DNA from: Octopus sinensis
Taxonomy: Eukaryota
NCBI RefSeq assembly: GCF_006345805.1
Contig: NC_043004.1
Coordinates: forward strand, 89,156,001-89,220,000
Direction of reading: 5' to 3'
DNA length: 64,000 nt
Both the position numbers and the translations under genes were made by a program. Positions within the stretch are counted from its first letter, which is position 1. Each line of letters begins with the position of its first letter. This document shows, piece by piece, positions 54,384 through 64,000 of this stretch. The notes under the pieces were generated by a model that was not told the origin of the DNA, ran no database searches, and was given only the letters and a program-made list of their open reading frames with translations.

Positions 54384-54555
54384 ATATATATATATATATA
54401 TAACGTTATGTGAATTGAAGAAATGGAGCTGAACGCAGATTGAACAGAAATCGTTTTATTTCATCTACAACGTGTTCTGAAAGCACAATTAACCAAATCG
54501 ATGAATAATGGACCCTATTGTGTCTTTTCTTCAGGAAGAAAAAACGTGCTGTCTG

Positions 54556-54972
54556 TGTAACGTGAAAGGATCTATCATCGAAACACTGGCAGGGTGTCGA
54601 GATCCTTTCTAGTCACATACAAAAATTCTTGTAGAAAACAAACAGACGAAACTCAGGTTAAAGGTGAACAGACAACTTGGTTTATTGATTCATGGTTGTA
54701 CGTTGTCTGATGGGGGAATAGACAGCCTCTGATATATTGCTGGTGTTGGTCGTTGAGGTTGGTTGAAGTTGGTTGAAGCTGGTGTGTGGCTGTCAGAGCC
54801 AGGAAAACCGTGACCGATCGCAGTGCTGTCTTGAGCCGAAGAGAGCGATTTGAGGTTCGCGGGCTCGAGAGATGTTTTCCCGCACATGCGCATGGGGAAG
54901 ACTTCCGGTGGCCACCCGGAAGTAGTCCATTCTGCGCATGCGCGCCGAACCCTACACAGTAGCATCACTACA
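54556..54972 (-). repeat. 3' LTR
   Basis: Direct repeat of 59440-59856. Confidence 0.97.
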
Positions 54973-54986
54973 GGGCTCCCCTCCGA
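54973..54986 (-). promoter_or_regulatory. Polypurine tract
   Basis: GGAGGGGAGCCC abutting the 3' LTR on the minus strand. Confidence 0.8.
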
Positions 54987-55094
54987 GTGCGAAGTACGGC
55001 AACCAGAATATTGTGGTGGTGCTGCGCAGAAAACAGAAGGCTTGCCGATCCCCCAGAAGACTTGGTACATACTATTATACAATAAGAAACATTT

Positions 55095-58000
55095 AAAGAA
55101 AGTTAAATGTAATTGTTTTTGAAAGTTTCTTGGGCCAATGCACTGTTCTGCCCGATTTTGTAACATACGGTGTGCTCGGGGCACCCGTTGACGGCGAGGG
55201 TGTGGTGTTGTAGGAGCCGGTGAAGGTGTTTGTGCAGGTGAAGGCGTTTGTGCAGGTGAAGGCGTTTGTGCAGGTGAAAGTGTTGTTAAAGGTGCATAGG
55301 TGGGTGTGTCAAGGTTGTCATCAAAAGAGATGAAGACGTCTCAAAATGTGCCTTTTTTAAACGGTCCACGGAAACGGTCTCCGAACGACCATTTATCTCA
55401 ATCGTGAAAACCTTGGTGTGCGAGAAAGCACACGAAAAGGTCCTTTATAGGGAGAAACAAGTGGGCCCTTCACAGAATCGTCCCGAACAAAAACATGCGA
55501 CCAGGTGTTCATATCCGGTGGAAGATGGGACGGTGGAGATTGCTTTCTGGGAAGCATGGGCGGAAGGTTTGAAAAATATTCCCGCAGTCTGGTGACATAG
55601 GTCGCCGGATCATGGGGCGGGGAAGTGTCTGGCACCAACATCGTACCGGGCAATGCCAGTGTGGTACCATACAGCAGCTCTGCAGCAGAAAACCCCAGGT
55701 CTGCCTTGACAGCAGTCCGACAGCCGAGAAGCACAATGGGCAGAAATTCGATCCAGGACTGTGGGTCCGAAGAGGCACGAAGAGCGGCCTTGAGCTGTCT
55801 ATGGAACCGCTCAACCAATCCATTAGACGCTGGATGGTAGCTTGTGGTGTGGATATGGTGCATACCCAAAATTCGCGACAATTCGCGAAATAGCGAGGCC
55901 TCAAACTGTCGTCCACGATCAGTTGTCAATCGGGACGGACTCCGAAGCGAGAAATCCAGTTTGAAACGAAAGCTCGCGCAACAGTCTCAGCAGAAATGTC
56001 TGCTATCGGAATGGCTTCTGGCAGCAGGGAGAAACGATCGACACAAGTTAATAGATAAGAGAACCCGCGACTCACAGGCCATGGTCCAACCAGATCGATG
56101 TGGACATGGCGAAAACGGGCCTCCGTGGGGGGAAATTGTCCAAGCGGGGCACGAACGTGCCGTTGAATCTTGGATCGTTGACACTTGGAGCAGGTGCGTG
56201 TCCAAGAAGTAATTGTGCGACGCATATTCGGCCAGAAAAACCGAGCAGTGATTAGTTTGAGGGTGGCAGCGATGCCAGGATGTGATAAGGAGTGCAGTGC
56301 TTCAAACACTGAGCGTTGATGGGTCTCAGGCACCAGTGGCCTGGGAGATCCAGTTGAAGTGTCACAAAGAATGGTGCCTTCGGCTGACGGAAGCGGAAGG
56401 TAGGAAAACTGGCAACAGGAGAACTTGGGAGAAGTTAAATCTAACGACGCCAAAGGTGGCTGCTCCTGCGATATGGCAGCTAAGTCGATAGCAGCAGGAG
56501 ACGAAAGGGCGCAAACTGGAAGGCGAGAGAGAGCGTCAGCAGGAACGTTCTCTTTTCCAGGTATGTGTCGAATGTTGCTAGTAAATTGAGAGATAAAATC
56601 CAGGTGCCGAAAAGCACGGGGTGAGAGTTTGTCCGTTTTTGAAAACAGGGCAAACGTAAGGGGCTTGTGATCCGTATAGATCACAAAATCTCGCCCTTCA
56701 AGTTGATGCTGGAAATGACGAACCGATAGATAGATCGCTAGGAGCTCACGATCAAAGGTGCTGTATCGTCGTTCAGCTGGTTGCAGTTGACGGGAAAAGA
56801 AGGCTAGAGGTCGAACATGGTCATCCACTGTGTGTTGTAACACAGCGCCAATCGCAGTGTCCGATGCGTCCACAGTCAAAGAGAGAGAAGCACCAGGAAC
56901 TGGATGTGCAAGCAAAGAAACAGAAGCCAGCTCCTTCTTAATGGACTCAAAGGCTGTCACTGCCTCAACAGAGAGGGTGACTTGACTGTCCTTTCTAGGA
57001 GAGTCCTTTAACAGCCTGGTGAGAGGTAGCAGCTTATCTGCACAACCGGGAATGAAGCGTCGGTAGAAATTGACCATCCCTAGATAATGCCTGAGCTGGC
57101 GCAAGGAAGTGGGGGGTGCGATGCGTTGAATGGCATCGACTTTTGACGAGAGGGGGCTGATTCCAGTTGAATCAATATGATGCCCTAGAAAATCTAGGGA
57201 AGAGCGTCCGAAAACACACTTGTCGGGGTTTATGCGTATGCTATACGCGCGAAGACGCTGGAAGAGTTGAGAAAGGTGCCGGAGATGATTTTCTCGTGTG
57301 TCGCTCGCAATGAGTATGTCATCGACATAGGCAAACACAAAATCAAGACCGCGGACAACCTCATCAATGAAACGCTGGAAGGTGCTAGTAGCATTCCGCA
57401 AACCGAAACTCATGTACAAAAACTCAAAACACCCAAACGGGGTAGTGATTGCAGTTTTTGGAACGTCGGCTGGGTTGACCGGTATTTGGTGGTAAGCGCG
57501 TATCAGATCGACCTTCGAAAAAATGGTACAACCATGGAGATTTGCTGTAAAGTCCCGGAGATTTCTAATCGGATAGCGATCGGCTATTGTGACGGCATTG
57601 AGGCGTCGATAGTCTCCAACCGGGCGAAAATCAGACTCGCCCTTTCGCGCCAAATGAAGGGGAGATGCCCATGGGCTGGTGGAGGGGCGTATAAGGCCAA
57701 GTTGAAGCATGTGCTCAAACTCGGCTCTGGCCGTTTTAAGTCGGTCTGGCGCTAGGCGCCGGGGCGTGAGAATACAGGTGGCCCATTGGTGGTGATGAAA
57801 TGGAGGGTCGAGTGGGTAGGTTTTCCGGTTTAAAGGCAATGTCCACTAGCTCCGGAAATGAAACCAAAAGAGAGTGAAAAGGGTCTCCAGAGGTGGCAAC
57901 AAAGAATGTCGGGCTAAGGACCGCAGTGGTGGAACTCCCAGTCGGTGTAGAGAGCGACGTCGTGCTATCAAGAAGCCTCCGACGCCTGACATCCACCAAT

Positions 58001-58332
58001 AGGTTAAACCTATCCAGGAAATCAGCGCCGAGAATAGGATGTGGGATGTCAGCGATGACGAAAACCCATCGAAAGTCTCGACGAAGGTTGAGGTTGAGGC
58101 GCAGCGAAATCTGACCGTAAGTGGTTATGGGAGACGAGTCAATAGCATGCAAGACAATCGAAGAGCGCTTGGGCTTGTCTGCAGCCAGACGAAGGGGCCA
58201 GATGCTGCAACAGGAGCCGGTGTCTACCATGAAGAATGTCTTCGACACCAGATCTTTTACATAGAATGCACGATGTTTGGGAAACGAGATGGAAGAAGGT
58301 GACGTGCTCACCTCCTCCGGATTTAGTTTTCC
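55095..58332 (-). CDS. pol: Gypsy pol (protease, RT, RNase H, integrase) broken by several frameshifts
   Basis: VDTGS; SPWASP, DYRRLN, YVDD; DASD, TDHKPL; [32 protein letters not shown]; C-terminal [10 protein letters not shown]. Confidence 0.92.
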
Positions 58333-59100
58333 GAGGGCTTGAAAGTGCACGGCTGGGTACACCGATCTGCCTTTCGGCATATCTCGAATGGTACCAGCAC
58401 CAGCCGGAACGAGAAACAGAGTCACCCCGACTGCGGGAAATAGAGCTACTGCGACTACGAGATTGGCGTCCGATCGCACGGCACAGATCATCGATCCTCC
58501 GCGTAAGCGCGTCGATGTTCTCGGCCAGTTTATCGTTCGTCGGAGGGGTCGGGGGGGGCTCTGTACATGCGTACAGGCCCCGCGAGGGAGATGGGCGCGA
58601 AAACTCCAACACTTTGTCGGCCATCGTGGCGATCTGGTCCACAGACACAGCATCCAGTGCCGTGGCCAACATTGTCTGCACGTGGGCAGGCAGCCTTGAG
58701 AAAAATATCTTGCGTAAGAGCGGCGCGTCAGCGGCGTTGCCGCTTAGCTCTCTTAGATGGCGCAGGAATTGGGATGGAGGTCTGTCCCCTAACTGCTCGT
58801 CGGCCATCAGTTCATTAAACTGACTTTCCTCTGAGCGCGTGTTGCGACGGAGGATCTCCGCCTTTACTGACGCATATGTGGCGTCAGGATGGGGACTCAC
58901 AATGAGATCCCTGACCGATGTTGCGAGCCGGGAGGGCAAACTTGAAAACAGTAGATGTAACTGCTGTTGTGGCGGAATGGTATGCGCGGCAAAGTGTGAT
59001 TCCACCTGTGCAAACCACAGCCCCGCATCCCCCGTAAATGAGGCAAACCTGAAGCCATGCCTTTGTCGGAAGGAGTCTTGTGAGAAGGGGGCAGAAGGTA
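58323..59100 (-). CDS. gag: Gypsy gag (start position approximate)
   Basis: LWFAQVESHF, LGDRPPSQFLRHLREL, WCWYH..Y...A.RC..PC.F; TAA at 58323-58325. Confidence 0.85.
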
Positions 59101-59427
59101 TGGTCGAGAACGGAGAGAGAACACGTGGAACCGAGAAGGCAATTCAAAACTGTGTTTGTGTGTGCACCTCGTGGGTAGCAAAAAAAAAAAAAAAAGGAAT
59201 AAGTGTGTACAAGGAAAACAAAATACAGAAAGGAAAAATGAATGTGTGTGTGTTTTCTTTTTTTTTTTTTTTTTTTTGTACTGTGTGCGATGAATAAGGC
59301 TATTTGACCCACCTCGCCGTGCTGAAAAGGAGAAAATAGGAAAATAAATGTGAATTTCCGCGCTCTTCGGCCCCAAAAAAAAACCTGTTCGCTGTGTCTT
59401 CTTCTATCCTGTTCTTTTTCTCAACTA

Positions 59428-59437
59428 GGGGTCACCA
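59428..59437 (-). promoter_or_regulatory. Primer-binding site, tRNA-Trp type
   Basis: TGGTGACCCC 2 nt inside the 5' LTR, complementary to the eukaryotic tRNA-Trp 3' end (GGGGUCACCA). Confidence 0.8.
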
Positions 59438-59439
59438 AT

Positions 59440-59856
59440 TGTAACGTGAAAGGATCTATCATCGAAACACTGGCAGGGTGTCGAGATCCTTTCTAGTCAC
59501 ATACAAAAATTCTTGTAGAAAACAAACAGACGAAACTCAGGTTAAAGGTGAACAGACAACTTGGTTTATTGATTCATGGTTGTACGTTGTCTGATGGGGG
59601 AATAGACAGCCTCTGATATATTGCTGGTGTTGGTCGTTGAGGTTGGTTGAAGTTGGTTGAAGCTGGTGTGTGGCTGTCAGAGCCAGGAAAACCGTGACCG
59701 ATCGCAGTGCTGTCTTGAGCCGAAGAGAGCGATTTGAGGTTCGCGGGCTCGAGAGATGTTTTCCGCACATGCGCATGGGGAAGACTTCCGGTGGCCACCC
59801 GGAAGTAGTCCCATTCTGCGCATGCGCGCCGAACCCTACACAGTAGCATCACTACA
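59440..59856 (-). repeat. 5' LTR
   Basis: Direct repeat of 54556-54972. Confidence 0.97.
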
Positions 59857-59938
59857 ACTGCTGTGATTTTTGCTAATAAGGTATAGGTTAAACTTTGATT
59901 AATCTACTACAAGATTATTCATCTTTCTATTTCACATA

Positions 59939-59974
<36 letters not shown>

Positions 59975-60724
59975 CACACCACATTCACACGATATATTAT
60001 TAATATATCTATATATATATATATATAATATATCAGGTCAATTTAATCGACTAAAAACTCTTCAAGCTGGTGCCCCAGCATGGCCACAGTTCAGTAGCTG
60101 AAGCAAGTAAAAGATAAAAGATATAAATTACACACTGTATTTTAAAAAATACTTCTTAATCTTCTCCACTGTTAACTGTGCTTGATTCTCTTCGTCACCT
60201 GAAGCCACAATCAATAAGAAAAGACCAGAAATTAGAATACAACTCATTAACAACATAATAATCTCTAGTTTGTATGAGGCTAAAATGATTTTTAATCCTT
60301 GTTAGGATTATCTTCTGACCTTAAAACAGCTGTATCAACAAGAGAGTTAAGGGTACTGCTATAATGAGATGATCTCAGTTAAAACTTGAGTGGTAAGACA
60401 ATAACAACAAACAACAACAACAAAAGGGCAAAACAAACAAAAAGAAATGGATCTATTATTAGAACATGTCTTTAATCATTTGTCTTTTACTTTGGCCATG
60501 CTGAGGCAATGCCTGAAGAATTTTAGTCAAACAAATCAACCTCAGAACATTTTTTTTTCTTTTCTTTTTAAGCCTGTACTTATTCTGTCAGTCACTTTTG
60601 CTGAACTGCTAAGTTACGAGGGCATAAACACACCAACACTGGTTGTCAAGCAATAGTGGCAGACAAACATAGACACAAAGACACACACACATGTATGTAT
60701 GTATGTGTGTATACATATATATAT

Positions 60725-61330
60725 ATCATCATCATCATCATCATCATCATCATTGTTTAACGTCCATTTCCCATGCTGGCATGGGTTGGATGGTTTAACT
60801 GAGGACTGGCAAGCCAGAAGGCTGCACCAGGCTCCAATCTAATCTGGCAAGGTTTCCACAGCCAGATGCCCTTCCTAACACCAATCACTCCAAGAGTGTA
60901 GCGGGTGCTTTTTACTTGCCACCAACACAGGAGTCAGTCAGAAGGCACTAGCATCGACCATGTTCAGATGGTGCTTTTTACATTCCACCATCATGGGGAG
61001 CCAGTCAGGCAACACTGGCAACAACCCACGCATGGTGCTAACTGCATGCCACCAGTACGAGAACCAATCAGGTGGCACTGGCATTGGCCACAACTACAAT
61101 TTCCATTTGATTATGATTTGATTTTGATTTTACTTGACTCAATAGGTTTCCACAAGCACAGCATGTCACCCGACTATTCAATGGTACTTTTTTAATGGGC
61201 TGGTTATGCGGCACTGGTATAGGCTACGGCTGTGATCTCACTTTACTTGCTGGGTCTTCTCAATTACAGCATATCTCCAGAGGTCTCAGTCTTTCGTTAT
61301 TGCCTCTGTGAGGCCCAACATTTGAAGGTC
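60725..61330 (-). mobile_element. Older RTE 3' tail fragment
   Basis: Reverse-complement homology, including the (ATC)n tail. Confidence 0.75.
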
Positions 61331-61812
61331 ATGTTTTACCATATATATATATATATAGTTGATAAAGGAAACGAAAAATGGATTTAGAAGGATTTAGTAC
61401 AAATCTTTATTCAGCATGATGATTGTTTTGACCCATCCTGCATCTGTCCCATAAGGGTAGGATACTGTGCATCAGGTTGTGTTGCATTAAAGTGTAAATA
61501 TGAGAAAGGTGATGGGTCTGCTTGTGTATATATACACAACAGGCTTCTTTCAGTTTCTGTCAACCAAATCCACTTACAAGGCTTTGACTGGCCTGGGGCT
61601 ATAGTAGAAGGCACCTGAGGAGCAACACAATGGAACTGAACCTTGAACCATGAGTTGGGAAGCAAACTTCTTACCATACAGTCACACTTGTGCCTATGCA
61701 TTTTCTTTTTTTTTTTTTTTTTGGTGGGGGAAGTTTATACCTTTTTTTAATTTTCTCTCTATTACTGACCCTTTTTTATTTGTATCTTGTTATTGATATT
61801 CTACTTTTGGTG

Positions 61813-62127
61813 TATACTACAAATACTGGCTTCAAAATTTGGCACAGGGTCAACAATCTTGAAGGAAGGGGCAAGTTGATTACCTTAACTGATACATGAC
61901 TGTAAAGATGGGTGAAATGCCTCTAAGCATTTTGCCCAGAGTGCTAACAATTCTACCAGCTCACCACCAACTTATATACTACAAATACTAGCTTCAAAAT
62001 TTTGGCACAAGGTCAACAATCCTTAACTGATACATGAATGTAAAGATGGGTGTAATACCTCTAAACATTTCGCCCAGAGTGCTAACAATTTATACCAGCT
62101 CACCACCAACTTATATACTACAAATAA
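61813..62127. repeat. ~150-bp tandem duplication of a SINE remnant
   Basis: TATACTACAAATAC...CCAGCTCACCACCAAC occurs twice. Confidence 0.8.
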
Positions 62128-62151
62128 TCAGAGGTAATATATACTTGATTG

Positions 62152-62410
62152 AAGGTGGTGAGCTGGCAGAAACATTCGTACACAGGGAATGCTTGGTGGT
62201 ATTTCATCTGCCGTTACGTTCTGAGTTCAAATTCTGCCGAGGTCGATTTTGCCTTTCATCCTATTGAGGTCAATAAATTAAGTACCAGTTGCACACTGGT
62301 GTCGATGTAATCAACTTAATCCCTTTGTTTGTCCTTGTTTGTTCTCTCTATGTTTAGCCCCTTGTGGGCAATAAAGAAATAAGAAATGTTAACACACTGG
62401 GCAAAATGCT
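62152..62410 (+). mobile_element. SINE family 3 copy
   Basis: Homologous to 6915-7115. Confidence 0.75.
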
Positions 62411-62849
62411 TGGCAATATTTTGTTTTTTAAGATACAAAGATGCCAAGAACAGGAAGTGTGTTGATTCTTAAACAATCTTTTCAAGAACAATAACCAAAC
62501 TTTGAAACAGAAAATCCATTCATGGCACTATAAATGTTTTGTTGTCAATTTGCTCAACTAAATACAGTGCTCCAGCATGGCTGCAGTCAAATGACTGAAA
62601 CAAGTAAAGGAATAAAGAACAGGTTTCCACACAGTTTCCATTGACCAAATTCATTCACAAGGAATTGGTTGGCTCAGGGCTATAGTAAAAACACTTGCCC
62701 AAGATGCTGCCATGCAGTTTGACTGAACCTGACACCTCATGTTTGCAAAGCAAGCTTCTTAACCACACAGCCATGCCAATACCTATTTAAATTTCCAAAT
62801 ATTATCAATCACAAATATTCATGAATGATAAACTATTTTGAATGGTTGG

Positions 62850-63443
62850 TATCATCATCATCATCATCATTTAGCGTCCGTTCTCCATGCTAGCATGGGT
62901 TGGACGGTTCAACTGGGGTCTGTGAAGCTGGAAGGCTTCATCAGGCCCAGTCAGATCTGGCAGTGTTTCTACGGCTGGATGCCCTTCCTAACGCCAACCA
63001 CTCCGAGAGTGTAGTGGGTGCTTTTTACGTGCCACCTGCACAGGTGCCAGACAGAGCTGGCAAACGGCCACGAATGGATGGTGCTTTTACGTGTCACCGG
63101 CACGGGGCCAGGCGAGGCTGGCAACGGACACGAACGGATGGTGCTTTTATGTGCCACCAACACGGGGGCCAGACAGAGCTGGCAAACGGCCACGAAACAG
63201 ATGGTGCTTTTACGTGTCACCGGCACGGGGGCCAGGCGAGGCTGGCAACGGGCACGAACGGATGGTGCTTTTACATGCCACTGACACGGGGGCCAGACAG
63301 GGCTGGCAAACGGCCACGAACGGATGGTGCTTTTACGTGTCACCGGCACGGGGGCCAGGCGAGGCTGAGGCGAGGCTGGCAATGGACACGAACGGATGGT
63401 GCTTTTACATGTCACCGACATGGGGGCCAGACAGAGCTGGCAA
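62850..63443 (-). mobile_element. RTE 3' tail with a 7-unit alternating 60-bp array (63017-63443)
   Basis: Reverse complement of the RTE tail; units run A-B-A-B-A-B-A. Confidence 0.9.
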
Positions 63444-63962
63444 TATCACAATATTAAAACACGTCCCCAGGCAATATTAAATCATGAGAAAATTTCATAT
63501 GTAAAATACCTATTTGTAATTCAAAAGAAAAGAATAAATGTTTGGTCTAGAGACACATAGAGACAAGATTCTTGCTGTATTCTTTAGGGGAAGACGAATG
63601 TCCTATGAGAGTCTATCATAACATAAATGTCAGTGATAAGTGATGGCAAAGATATGTCACAGATGTAAAAACGATCAGGTGTTGTAACAGAGAAATTTAA
63701 GCTGAATCAATGGAAAAACCTCTTGAGTGTGACAAGATTAAAATAGAAAAATATAAATAGATATAAATACAGTTAAACTGATATTTAGTACATACACACT
63801 TAAATTTTTCACTGTATATCACAAACACATACATACTCACACACTTATACATACATTCAAATACATATGAGTGTGTGTGTGTGTGCATGTGTGTGTGTGT
63901 GTGTGTATATGTGTATAGATACATGTTTACATATATGTATATATATGTATATATGTGTATAC

Positions 63963-64000
<38 letters not shown>

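Larger units (their letters stand above)
54556..59856 (-). mobile_element. Full-length Ty3/Gypsy LTR retrotransposon
   Basis: Two 417-bp TG...CA LTRs, PBS, PPT, and gag-PR-RT-RH-INT domain order. Confidence 0.98.

Noticed and set aside
54690-55184. Extra (env-like) ORF in the Gypsy element
   Set aside because: Off-frame read-through of the integrase tail into the LTR; no signal peptide or TM features
57267-59297. Plus-strand ORFs inside the Gypsy element
   Set aside because: Antisense shadows of GC-rich gag/pol
61411-61517. Minus-strand exon candidate (PSPFSYLHFNATQPDAQYP)
   Set aside because: No convincing donor in a phase compatible with the next candidate exon; acceptor abuts a SINE
63017-63443. 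CRISPR-like repeat-spacer array
   Set aside because: The 'spacers' are two recurring homologous variants, there are no cas genes, and the context is a eukaryotic LINE tail

Overview
AT-rich, microsatellite-saturated animal genomic DNA. The SINE, RTE and microsatellite repertoire resembles octopus/coleoid cephalopod (inferred, not verified). Almost all listed ORFs are artefacts of simple repeats. Real coding remnants are transposon-derived: a near-intact, very young Ty3/Gypsy LTR element (54556-59856, -), RTE LINEs carrying a PHD-like finger, two Penelope-like elements, Tx1/L1 and Dong/R4-like fragments, several mariner/maT, hAT, pogo-like and piggyBac-like elements, and a probable Helitron. 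There are many tRNA-derived SINEs. The most unusual signals are: (i) several distinct families of minimal hammerhead-ribozyme motifs, some in inverted pairs, one pair bracketing a tRNA-like Pol III head; (ii) a variable ~60-bp stem-loop array in RTE 3' tails that alternates A-B-A-B. A few candidate small host exons are visible but unconfirmed. No prokaryotic systems or CRISPR arrays are present. Element boundaries were read by eye and are approximate unless terminal motifs are quoted.
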